NCBI GenBank assembly: GCA_963842085.1
Contig: CAWJET010000001.1
Coordinates: 416,001-480,000 of the forward strand
Source of the DNA: an uncultured delta proteobacterium
Lineage (GTDB): Bacteria; Desulfobacterota; Binatia; Binatales; Binataceae
DNA: 64,000 bases
Reading direction: 5' to 3'
Part shown: positions 26,864 to 35,921 of the stretch, in pieces
How positions within the stretch are numbered: the first letter of the stretch is position 1
Layout: each line of letters begins with the position of its first letter
Program-made: the position numbers and the translations under genes
The notes under the pieces: generated by a model
Database searches by the model: none
What the model saw: only the letters and a program-made list of their open reading frames with translations
Told to the model about the DNA's origin: nothing

Positions 26864-27985
26864 ATGGCATCAACCGGCAACGCCCTCGCGCGTGCGCGAA
26901 TGGCGCGGGACCTCACGCAGACTGAGCTCTCGCGCCGCGCGGGAATCTCCCGGCAGGCGCTCGGCGCTATCGAGTCGGGCGCCTACCATCCGGGCGTGGC
27001 GATCGCGATCCGCCTCGCGCGTGAGCTCGGCACGACCGTTGAAGCGCTGTTCGGTAAGATCGACGATGAGGCCTCAACCGTCGTCGAGGCGAGCTGGTTC
27101 GACGACGCGCGACGGCGCCCTTCCCCTGCCCAAACTCGCGTCGCGCTCGCGCGCGTGCGCGGCAAGCTCGTAGCCGTCGCGCAGCCTGCCGCGCATCTCG
27201 CGCTCGCGCCGGCGGCTGGCGTGCTGCAGCGCGCGCGGCGCCGTCGCGCGGACGTCGCCACGTTCCAACTGCCCGACGAAATCGATTCGACCATCCTGAT
27301 GGCGGGATGCGATCCGGCGGTCGCGATGCTCGGCGACTGGCTCGCGCGCCGGCGGTCACCGGTCCACGCGGTGGCGCTGCCGTGCTCGAGCCGGGAAGCT
27401 CTGCGGGCGTTAGTCGATGGCCGCGCGCACGTGGCCGGCGTGCATCTGCGCGATCAAAAGAGCGGCGAGTACAACCTGGCGCCAATCCGCCGTGCTTTGG
27501 GCCATCGGCGTTCGATGGTCGTGAACTTTGCCCGCTGGGAGCTGGGACTCGCGACCGCGCCCGGCAACCCGCTGGCGATTCGCGGTTTCGCCGACCTCGA
27601 GCGACCGGGCTTGAGAATCGTGAACCGCGAAGATGGCTCTGGCGCGCGCTCGGTTCTCGACCAGGCGCTGAGCGAGCTTGGCATCCCGTCCGAGCGAGTC
27701 GCAGGATACCAGTTCGAAGTCGGCGGCCATCTCGAGGTCGCGGCCGCGATCGCGGCGGGACTGGCCGACGTCGGAGTGACTATCCGACTGGGTGCGGATA
27801 CCTTTGGATTGCATTTTCTTCCGCATCGCGACGAACGTTACGACCTCGTGATCATCGAGCAAGACGCCGAGTCCATGCCGATCAAGGCGATGCTTGACGC
27901 GCTGAACTCGCGGCGTTTTGCGCGCGAGGTAAGCCAGCTATGCGGGTACGACACCGGGCAAATGGGAGAGCTTCTTCCCACCTGA
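26864..27985 (+). CDS. XRE-HTH plus PBP-like (molybdate-binding-like) transcriptional regulator
   Basis: LTQTELSRRAGISRQALGAIESG HTH; AGCDPA, HVAGVHL, VNREDGSGAR and ERYDLV motifs. Confidence 0.85.
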   Translation: MASTGNALARARMARDLTQTELSRRAGISRQALGAIESGAYHPGVAIAIRLARELGTTVEALFGKIDDEASTVVEASWFDDARRRPSPAQTRVALARVRGKLVAVAQPAAHLALAPAAGVLQRARRRRADVATFQLPDEIDSTILMAGCDPAVAMLGDWLARRRSPVHAVALPCSSREALRALVDGRAHVAGVHLRDQKSGEYNLAPIRRALGHRRSMVVNFARWELGLATAPGNPLAIRGFADLERPGLRIVNREDGSGARSVLDQALSELGIPSERVAGYQFEVGGHLEVAAAIAAGLADVGVTIRLGADTFGLHFLPHRDERYDLVIIEQDAESMPIKAMLDALNSRRFAREVSQLCGYDTGQMGELLPT

Positions 27986-28312
27986 GCCGAGCCCGGCAGC
28001 ATCGCGGGCGTCGGTGCGATACCCAGTGGCGAAAGCGACCCGCGCTCGGTTAACGGCGCGTCGCTCCGGGAGGTGCCCGATGAAAAGTGGACCTTTTCGA
28101 ATAGCCGGGATCGTCGTGGATATTCTCGTTTTCGCCGCGTCGCTGTCAGCGTGCGCGCCCACTGAATCAAACGTCTCCTCCGCGCAAAGCCGGCAAACGC
28201 TGCATACCGAACTCGCGGCCGATCGGTTCAAAGGACTGATCATCGGGGTTCAACCGGATCGCCGGTTCCACGCACTTCACAACGCACTCACGGAGCACGC
28301 TTCGCCTTGGTG

Positions 28313-29581
28313 TTATATCGCAGCCGATCGAGCGGGCATCTCGAACCGCATCTGTTCGCGATCCAGCGACCGACAGCCGAGAATCGCGAGTGAGCAGATG
28401 ATGTACATCACGACGAACGAAGCGATCGGGATGCTATAACTGCCGGTCAGGTCAAAAATCCTGCCCGTGACGATTGGGCTGAATGCCGCGCCGAAGGTGA
28501 AGAACACCCCGGTGATGCCCATTACCGAGCCGAGGCGCCTGATGCCGAGCGACTCGATGATGACCAACGGACTCTGCACCGCGAGGGCGCCGGCGCCGAA
28601 ACCGCCCGCGAGAATGTTCGCCGCGAGTGCGAGCGGGTGTGACGCGCCCAACAACCCCAACATTCCGAGCGCAGACAGAAGGAACGTCGCGGTCATCGCC
28701 GGTCGCGCGCCCAATCGATCCGCCAACGGCCCGCCCAGGAGGGTTCCGGCAGTGGTTGCAACAAAGAAGAGACTCACGACAGTGGCTGCGAAGGTCGCGC
28801 TGTACCCCACGCCGGTCAGGTAGGCGATGAAATGGGGGCCCATCCCGATGCTGAGGCCCGCGAAAAGCTGCGCCGCCGAGATCAGCCAAAAGGAGCGGGC
28901 TCTTACCGCTTGGGCGAGCTCGAGGCCGGGCAGTTCGACTGGATGTGCGGCGCCGTGCGTAACTGTCCGCGACTCACCGCGGGCCCCAACCGAGGCCTGC
29001 GTTTCCGAGGGATCCCTCGTCCGGACGAAAAGCAGGATGAGCGGAACCACCACGAAGACGATCGGCGCAGCGAGCGTCGCATAGCCGACGCGCCAGCCAC
29101 CGGCTGCAATCGCGTAATTCGCGACCATCGTCATCGCGGCACCGCCGAGAGTCATGCCGGAGAATGCGATCCCCATCGCAAGCCCGCGCCGCTGCTCGAA
29201 CCAATTCGCGATCACCAGCGAGCATGGAATGACAGTTGAGGCTCCCACGCAGATTCCGAACAGGCCATTGATTACCAGAAATTCCCCGAATGAAGTTGCG
29301 CGGCTTAACGCGAACCACAACAGACCGGTGATGATCGCGCCGACCGTCATCATCTTCTTGGGGTTGACTCGATCCGCGAGCCACCCGATGAGCGGTCCGG
29401 CCGCACCGCCGGTGACCCACCCGATCGAGAATGCCACCGAGAGCCGCGCGCGTGTCCATCCGAACGACTTGAGAATCGGCACGAAGAACACCGCGCCGCA
29501 GTTGATCGCGCCCCAGATGAAGAACATCGTGACGAATATCGCGCCCACGACGATCCACCCGCGCCGTTCTCGATTCGTCAT
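28313..29581 (-). CDS. MFS transporter
   Basis: GWLADRVNPK and GPLADRLGAR motif A, WFEQRRGLAMGI, about 12 TM helices. Confidence 0.9.
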   Translation of the reverse strand: MTNRERRGWIVVGAIFVTMFFIWGAINCGAVFFVPILKSFGWTRARLSVAFSIGWVTGGAAGPLIGWLADRVNPKKMMTVGAIITGLLWFALSRATSFGEFLVINGLFGICVGASTVIPCSLVIANWFEQRRGLAMGIAFSGMTLGGAAMTMVANYAIAAGGWRVGYATLAAPIVFVVVPLILLFVRTRDPSETQASVGARGESRTVTHGAAHPVELPGLELAQAVRARSFWLISAAQLFAGLSIGMGPHFIAYLTGVGYSATFAATVVSLFFVATTAGTLLGGPLADRLGARPAMTATFLLSALGMLGLLGASHPLALAANILAGGFGAGALAVQSPLVIIESLGIRRLGSVMGITGVFFTFGAAFSPIVTGRIFDLTGSYSIPIASFVVMYIICSLAILGCRSLDREQMRFEMPARSAAI

Positions 29582-29631
29582 CTTGTTCTCACCAGCCCGA
29601 GGTTACGCGACCAACTGTAGTTCGGATCCGG

Positions 29632-32600
29632 CTAAGCTCCCAACTCGTCGAGCAGCGCCTTGGCGTCTTTCAGGTCGGCGGTGTCGAAGCCCTCGGTGAA
29701 CCAGTTGTAGATGCCGGCGAGCATCGCGCGAGCCTCGTCGCGCTTGCCTTGCTGGTCGAGTAATCGCACGAGGCTGGTAGTCGCGCGGAGTTCCCACGAT
29801 TTCGCTTTCTGTCGGCGCGCAATTTCGATCGCGGTGCGGAAGGATTGCTCGGCTTGCGCGGCATTCGATGCGTCCTGCGCCAGCAGCAGTTCGCCCTTCA
29901 CCCGATGCGCCTCCGCCTCGAACATCCGGTCGCCTGTACGTTCGATGATCGGAAATGCCTCATCGATCGTGCGAAGACCTTGGTCGAACTGCCCCGCCAG
30001 GCCCAGAGTGGCGGCTAAGCGCGCGAGATTCCCCGCGCTCCCGAATTCAGAGCCACTGGACCTAATCTGCGACAGATGGCGCTGCATCCGCGCGATGCCG
30101 CCCTCGAGGTCGCCTGCCATCGCATCTGCCCATCCAAGGTAAATTTTGCTTTGGGCGGTGAACGCGGAACCCAGCTCGGTCTCTGCCTGTGCCCGCTCTC
30201 TCATACTGTCAAGCTCACGGCGCAGACAATAGAGAGTGGCAGCAAAGTTATGTCCCGTTGCCAAGGTGCTCCTGGATCCGGATTCGCGAGCGATGGCCGC
30301 CGCAATGCTTACTAGCTCCAGTGCCCTATCCGGGTATCCCAGGAACCACAGGTTCCAAGCCCACGCGCAGCCGTTGGTCACTCGATCATACAGCACGATC
30401 CACCTCTCGCTGGACGTTAACTCAACGCGGTGCTGTGTGAGACCCGCCCCCGACTTTGCGATCGATTCCAGCAGCACTTGTGTCCGCTCGAGGTCTTGGG
30501 CAGCGAGCTCGAAATCGGCCGAGAAAAGCCTCGCAAACCCCAACGAGCTGATCGCATCCGCAATAAAAACTGGGTTGCCGTGCCTCTCGGCTACTGCGAT
30601 CATCGTGGGCGCAATCTCGGACGCCTTGCGCACTTCTCCGAGGCTAAGCAGGACCAGGAAGGAATTAAAGAGCGCCCTCCGGCTCTTCTCCGAGTCGATC
30701 CCAGGCCGGCGGCAAAGCTCCACTGAGCGTGTAACCGACTTTTCCATTTCAATCGAGCCGGAGCCCTCTATTAGAAACAGTGCATCGAAGGCAGAGTTTC
30801 TGAGGTCCAATTCCAGTTCAGCGCGTTGGTCGTCATCGGGGAGTTTCTGCAGTTGTTCGAGCCCGGTCTTGAACTGCGCCATGGCTTCGGCCCTGGACCC
30901 GCGAACGCCGCACTGGTTCACAGCACGCAGGCAATAGTCCACCGCCTTGGGGGGATTGCCGCTGCGCGCGTAGTGATGCGCCAGCTCGGCAACGTGCTCG
31001 TCCAGATGGTCTGCATACATGGACTCCAGCGCAGGGCCGATCCGCCCGTGCAGCATTCGGCGGCGTTCGTTCAGCACCGAGTTGTAGGCGACGTCATGGG
31101 TCAGTGCGTGCTTGAAGGTGTATTCGACATCGCCCACCGCGGGCTGCTCGTAGATGAACTCGCCCAGTTGGAGTTCTGAGAGCATCGACTCCAATACCTC
31201 GCCCGTTATTTCACGGGAGAGGCGGCCGGACGCATCGCGGCCGGTAGGTGAGGGTTCCGCCCTCGCCTGCAGGTCCAAGACCTTGCGCACCAGGCCGAGT
31301 CTGAACTCGGTGCCGATGACGGCAAGGGTCTGGAGCAGCTCTTTATGATCCGGCGGCAGGCGATCGATGCGCGCGGCCAAAATCGCCTGCACCGTGGGCG
31401 GAATCTTGAGCTCGTTGAGAGCCTTGGTAAGCCTTACCGTTCCGTTGCGCTTAAGCGCCCCGTCGTCGAACAGCACCAGGACCGTCTCTTCCATAAAGAA
31501 GGGATTGCCCTCGGTGCGCTCGATGATCAGGCGCTTGAGCGGCGCCAGATCCTTGTCGTCACCGAGCAGCGCGCTCAACATTTCCTCGGCCGATTCCTTG
31601 CCGAGCGGGTCGAGGCGCAACTGCGTGTAGTAGGTCTTGCTGCCCCACTGATGTGTGTATTCGGGGCGATAATTCACCAGCAGCAAGATCTTCGCCGTGC
31701 CGATCGAGTCGGCGAGCAGATTGAGCAATGCCTGGGTGCCCTCGTCGATCCAGTGGAGGTCCTCAAAGATAATCATCAGCGGCTGGTTAAGGCTCTCCCG
31801 CAAAATGATGCGTTTGATCGCGTCGAGCGTGCCGCGCTTGCGGGTCTGCGGGTCCATCTGCGCCAGCGGGCCGGACGCTTCGGCGATTCCGAGCAGGCTA
31901 TAGAGGTAGGGAATCGTGCCCTCGAGCTCGCGATCGAGAATCGCGATGCGGCCGGCAATTTTCTCGCGGCGGGAGCGCTGGTCGTCCTGCGACGCGATCT
32001 TGAAGTAGCTGTGCAGCAGGTCGATCACCGGCAGATAGGACGACGCCTTGCCGTGGGAGACCGAGAAGGCCTCGAGCACCATCCAGCCCGCCGCGCCGGT
32101 GGCCTTGAATTCGAACATCAGGCGCGACTTGCCGACCCCGGCCTCGGCCATTGCGGCCACGATCTGCCCGCGCCCGGCCTTGGCTTGCTCCGCCGCCGCC
32201 TTCATCGCGTCCATCTCGCGCTGCCGGCCCACGAATTTCGACAAACCGCGTCCGGCAGAGCGCTGTAGGCGCGTCCGCAGCGGCCCGAGGCCGGTCACCT
32301 CGTAAACGTTCACCGGCTCCGTGATGCCCTTGACCTTGGTTGCACCGAGCGGCTTGAGCGTGAAGTAGCCTTCGGAAAACTTCCGAGTAGCCTCGCTAAC
32401 CACGATCGAACCGGTGCGCGCGATACTCTGCAGGCGCGATGCGAGATTGGTGGTATGGCCGATGGGCGTGTATTCAACGTGCCCGCCACCAGTCGAGATC
32501 GAGCGCACGACCACTTCGCCCGTGTTCACACCGACCCGAATCTCGATCGGTGCGCGCCCTTCGGCCTGGAGCTTCGAGCCATAGCGGCGCAACTCCTCCT

Positions 32601-33102
32601 GCATCCTGAGCGCCGCGTACAGCGCGCGCTGCGGATGGTCCTCATGCGCGACCGGCGCGCCGAACAGTGCGAAGATCCCGTCGCCGGTGCTCTGCACGAT
32701 GTACCCGTCGTAGCGCCGCACCGCGTCGATCATCAGCTTCAACGCGGGATCGACAATCGCACGCGCCTCTTCGGGATCGAGGTCCTGCTCCAGTTCGGTC
32801 GAGCCCTTGATATCCGCGAACAAAGCGGTGACCGTCTTGCGCTCACCGTCGAGCGCGGATGCGTCGACTTGCTCCGCCGCTACACTGACCGACTGCGGAA
32901 ATTGATTAGCAGGTTGAGGAACGGTCGATGCGGGCGACAGCGATGCGGCGCACTCGTCGCAGAATTTTGCTCCGGGTGGATTCGATGCTCCGCAGCGGGG
33001 GCATTTTGCGGCGAACGGTGTCGCACACTCGCTGCAGAACTTCGCACCTGCGCGATTGTCCGCCCCGCATTTCGTACAACGAATCTTCCCCGCGCTCGCC
33101 AT
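29632..33102 (-). CDS. Double Zn ribbon - class III adenylate/guanylate cyclase - AAA ATPase (STAND) - TPR protein
   Basis: Four CxxC, ERKTVTALFADIKGST, GDGIFALFGAP, Walker A AEAGVGKS, Walker B IFEDLHWID, GNPFF and C-terminal WFTEGFDTADL. Confidence 0.92.
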   Translation of the reverse strand: MASAGKIRCTKCGADNRAGAKFCSECATPFAAKCPRCGASNPPGAKFCDECAASLSPASTVPQPANQFPQSVSVAAEQVDASALDGERKTVTALFADIKGSTELEQDLDPEEARAIVDPALKLMIDAVRRYDGYIVQSTGDGIFALFGAPVAHEDHPQRALYAALRMQEELRRYGSKLQAEGRAPIEIRVGVNTGEVVVRSISTGGGHVEYTPIGHTTNLASRLQSIARTGSIVVSEATRKFSEGYFTLKPLGATKVKGITEPVNVYEVTGLGPLRTRLQRSAGRGLSKFVGRQREMDAMKAAAEQAKAGRGQIVAAMAEAGVGKSRLMFEFKATGAAGWMVLEAFSVSHGKASSYLPVIDLLHSYFKIASQDDQRSRREKIAGRIAILDRELEGTIPYLYSLLGIAEASGPLAQMDPQTRKRGTLDAIKRIILRESLNQPLMIIFEDLHWIDEGTQALLNLLADSIGTAKILLLVNYRPEYTHQWGSKTYYTQLRLDPLGKESAEEMLSALLGDDKDLAPLKRLIIERTEGNPFFMEETVLVLFDDGALKRNGTVRLTKALNELKIPPTVQAILAARIDRLPPDHKELLQTLAVIGTEFRLGLVRKVLDLQARAEPSPTGRDASGRLSREITGEVLESMLSELQLGEFIYEQPAVGDVEYTFKHALTHDVAYNSVLNERRRMLHGRIGPALESMYADHLDEHVAELAHHYARSGNPPKAVDYCLRAVNQCGVRGSRAEAMAQFKTGLEQLQKLPDDDQRAELELDLRNSAFDALFLIEGSGSIEMEKSVTRSVELCRRPGIDSEKSRRALFNSFLVLLSLGEVRKASEIAPTMIAVAERHGNPVFIADAISSLGFARLFSADFELAAQDLERTQVLLESIAKSGAGLTQHRVELTSSERWIVLYDRVTNGCAWAWNLWFLGYPDRALELVSIAAAIARESGSRSTLATGHNFAATLYCLRRELDSMRERAQAETELGSAFTAQSKIYLGWADAMAGDLEGGIARMQRHLSQIRSSGSEFGSAGNLARLAATLGLAGQFDQGLRTIDEAFPIIERTGDRMFEAEAHRVKGELLLAQDASNAAQAEQSFRTAIEIARRQKAKSWELRATTSLVRLLDQQGKRDEARAMLAGIYNWFTEGFDTADLKDAKALLDELGA
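31197..31254. repeat. REP-like element, copy 3, inside the cyclase CDS
   Basis: CCTCGCCCGT..ACGGGAGAGG hairpin, CGGCCG..CGGCCG hairpin and GGTGAGGG tail. Confidence 0.65.
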
Positions 33103-33344
33103 CCAGTCACCCAGTTCGCCGAGCAGGGCGGCCCGCTCTCTTATATGCGCAAGTGCGCAAGTTCGCGGAGCAGTTCATAAACGACGGCGGCGAAACTGTG
33201 CACCTCTGCCTCGACAACCTTTAGCGCGGATTCGCGCGAAATCGCTAGCAGGCTGTTGATACAGGTGGTTTAATCTGAACGAGATCGCCCGTACCAGCGC
33301 CGCCGAGCGAGTGCGGACCGCCTGACAAAAAGGAATTTCAATCC

Positions 33345-34142
33345 ATGCCCATGGCCCAACTTGGCGCGATTGACCTCTACTATGAGCGTGCCGGACAAGG
33401 CGCACCGCTGCTCTTTATCTCTGGCACAGGCGGCGACCTTCGCGTCAAGCCTAACGTGTTCGATGGGCCGCTGCCCAAGGCATTCGACCTTCTGGCCTAC
33501 GACCAGCGCGGCCTCGGCCGTTCGGCCAAGCCGGACGTCGTCTATTCGATGGCCGACTACGCCGACGACGCGGCTGCGCTGTTGGACTACGTAGGTTGGG
33601 CAACGGCGAAGGTGATCGGCGTTTCCTTCGGCGGCATGGTGGCCCAAGAGCTGGTCTTAAGGCATCCCGCCAAGGTCGAGCGGCTGGTGCTCGCCTGCAC
33701 CTCGCCGGGCGGCGCGGGCGGCGCCTCACATCCGCTCCACGAAATACAACATCTCAAAGGCGAAGACCGCGCCCGTCACCTGATCCCGATTGTAGACACC
33801 CGCCTCGACGCGGCTTGGGCGGCGGCCAATCCCGACGGCTTCGCCCAGTTCGTGGCCATGCTCACGGCTGATCCTTACGCCGGCGAGCCTGGCCGGGAGA
33901 TGGGTGCGCGACGCCAACTCGAAGCCCGCGCCGGGCATGACACGTGGGACAGGCTGGAGCAGATCCGTTGCCCGTTGTTCATCGCGGCCGGGCGCTACGA
34001 CGGCATCGCGTTGCCGGAGACCCAGCACAAGCTTGCGAGCCGGATCGCCGGCGCGCGCCTGCGCTTCTTCGAGGGCGGCCACGGCTTCTTGCTACAGGAT
34101 CGCACGGCGCTCCCGGCCATGGTCGAGTTCCTGAACGGCTAG
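33345..34142 (+). CDS. Alpha/beta hydrolase
   Basis: YDQRGLGRS, GVSFGG nucleophile elbow and FEGGHGF. Confidence 0.9.
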   Translation: MPMAQLGAIDLYYERAGQGAPLLFISGTGGDLRVKPNVFDGPLPKAFDLLAYDQRGLGRSAKPDVVYSMADYADDAAALLDYVGWATAKVIGVSFGGMVAQELVLRHPAKVERLVLACTSPGGAGGASHPLHEIQHLKGEDRARHLIPIVDTRLDAAWAAANPDGFAQFVAMLTADPYAGEPGREMGARRQLEARAGHDTWDRLEQIRCPLFIAAGRYDGIALPETQHKLASRIAGARLRFFEGGHGFLLQDRTALPAMVEFLNG

Positions 34143-34394
34143 ACGCACCTCGCATCGCGGTTTTGGCCGGAGCTACGGCCGTAGAGGTGGGCGATCTCGC
34201 TAAGTTGGATCGATTGATTCGCGAATGACGCTTCGCCGAGCGAGACATTCCTGCCCATAGTTACGCGCGCTCCTGACTTGTCCATGAAAGCCCGAAGTGG
34301 ACCCCGATCTATCGGGCGCCAGGCGAAATGCTTTCAAATGGAACGACACCGGCGGGTTGCTGTATTGGGCTGGCCGAAGACGACCTATTGCCTT

Positions 34395-34440
34395 TGGTGG
34401 GCCGTTGGAGACTCGAACTCCAGACCCGCTGATTAAGAGT
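34395..34440 (-). pseudogene. 3' half of tRNA-Lys(CTT); att-site remnant
   Basis: Reverse complement ACTCTTAATCAGCGGGTCTGGAGTTCGAGTCTCCAACGGCCCACCA has anticodon loop, T arm, acceptor strand and CCA, but no 5' half upstream. Confidence 0.88.
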
Positions 34441-34555
34441 TGGCCCTCGGACCAAACCACCAGTACCCATCCGGACCTATCCCGCATGAAATCAAGAGGA
34501 AAACAATGAGCGCGGCTGCCGTGGGCGTTGGTGGATCGTCCCGGTTCGGCTGAGT

Positions 34556-34784
34556 TTGGCACCACGTTGGCACCAACTTCCCTACCCCCGGTGAGCTGCT
34601 TCCTTTCCATCGCGGGCAGCTGGCAGAAAGGCGCCCGGTGGCCCCACCGGTCTTCAAAACGTATTCCGTGGGTTACGGCAGGTCATGTGACGTTACCTTG
34701 GATAGAAAATGGGCGGATATTTCGCTTTCGAGGTTGCGCAGGGTTACGCTGTTGCAGCTGAGAGTGGGCACTCAGTGGGCACTC
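34556..34784. repeat. Two pairs of 11-bp-period direct repeats (integrase arm-site-like)
   Basis: TTGGCACCA at 34556 and 34567; AGTGGGCACTC at 34763 and 34774. Confidence 0.55.
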
Positions 34785-34869
34785 GCCTGCCTTATGGCGG
34801 TAGGGCTCGACTTTTGGGCTCGTCATCGGTTGCTCCTCAAAGCGGCGTGCGATCGACTCGCCGTATAGG

Positions 34870-35030
34870 CCAGACGGCGTCCATCCGCAAGGTTTTAGCC
34901 CGGCTTTGGTCCACGGGGTGATCGGCGGCGTCCTTCCGCACTCCGGATACTTGCGGCGCGCTGAGTCCCTTCGCCTCACGCATGCTGGCATAGACCGTGT
35001 GTCCGGCAGCGGCCAGCGCGCGAGCCCCTT
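34870..35030 (-). pseudogene. SDR oxidoreductase N-terminal remnant
   Basis: ARALAAAGHTVYASMRE...APQV...AADHPVD...LRMD; lacks the TGxxxG motif and the catalytic half. Confidence 0.6.
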
Positions 35031-35200
35031 CTAGCGCTAGGCGCAAGAGATCCGTAGCCGGCATATCGGGCGTCATCGACCCGGCACACGAGGCCGTCCT
35101 GTGGTAGAACTCGCCAACGACGGTGCGCAGATTCATCACTCTGCGGATGCGAAACGAAAGGGCTTCCTCACCGCACACCGGGCATTCGATGATGTGGCTC

Positions 35201-35857
35201 TCAGGGACGCAGGCCCAGGTAGAGTTGCTGAGTGACCTCGCGCGCGAGTACGAGAGGATCGTCGGAGCTGAAGCCCCGGTTCGCGAGCTGTCGATCGACT
35301 GCCAGGATCGCGAGCCCATGGACAATCGCCCATGCGCCCAGCGCGAGTTCTCGCGGCGATCCGGCGCGAACCTCGCCGGCCTGCTGGCATCGCTTGATTG
35401 CGACGACCAGCACGTCGAAGGCTCTGCCAGCCGCATCTTCCAGCGCATGGGACGCATTCCGATCGGCCACATCCGGATGGAACATCGCGCGGAAGCGGCC
35501 CCGGTTCGTGGTGGCGAACTCGACGTAGGCGACGCCCAGGATCCGCAGCGCCTGGAGCGGAGCAGCGTCGGGCTGCTCGGCGACGCACTTCAAGAGATGC
35601 TCCCGGAGCGCGCCGTATCCCTCCTCCGCGACAGCGCAGTAAAGGTCGGCGACGGTTGCGAAGTGGCGTTTGGGCGCGGCATGGCTCACGCCCGCCCTGC
35701 TCGCCGCCTCGCGCAGTGAGAGCGCCGACGGTCCGCTCTCATCGATTATCTCGAGTGCGGAGTCGAGCAGCGCCTGCCTCAAGCTTCCGTGATGGTAGGG
35801 CTTGCGGGCGCGCGGTGCCTTGCGGCTTGCGATCGGCATCGATTCATTTTCCCCCAT
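35201..35857 (-). CDS. TetR/AcrR family regulator
   Basis: YHHGSLRQALL...LSLREAASRAGVSHAAP..HF and WAIVHG. Start 35857 or 35839. Confidence 0.92.
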   Translation of the reverse strand: MGENESMPIASRKAPRARKPYHHGSLRQALLDSALEIIDESGPSALSLREAASRAGVSHAAPKRHFATVADLYCAVAEEGYGALREHLLKCVAEQPDAAPLQALRILGVAYVEFATTNRGRFRAMFHPDVADRNASHALEDAAGRAFDVLVVAIKRCQQAGEVRAGSPRELALGAWAIVHGLAILAVDRQLANRGFSSDDPLVLAREVTQQLYLGLRP

Positions 35858-35860
35858 CCC

Positions 35861-35899
35861 GTTGACATCGTCAACATTAATGTTTACAATGTCAACATT
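35861..35899 (+). promoter_or_regulatory. Near-consensus sigma70 promoter overlapped by two palindromic operators
   Basis: TTGACA (35862)-N17-TACAAT (35885); GTTGAC-ATC-GTCAAC and GTTTAC-AAT-GTCAAC, 21 bp apart. Confidence 0.8.
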
Positions 35900-35921
35900 C
35901 TTTCCTTGAGCGAGGTGCGTG

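Noticed and set aside
28080-28439. Possible lipoprotein (GGAGG RBS, LSAC)
   Set aside because: Runs 127 bp into the convergent MFS gene and has no recognisable domain; at most a remnant.
1890-33180. Many long antisense or alternate-frame ORFs (e.g. 1890-3212, 3194-4639, 6799-8097, 15104-16111, 24373-25371, 31345-32268)
   Set aside because: Typical high-GC shadows of well-supported genes, with no motifs of their own.
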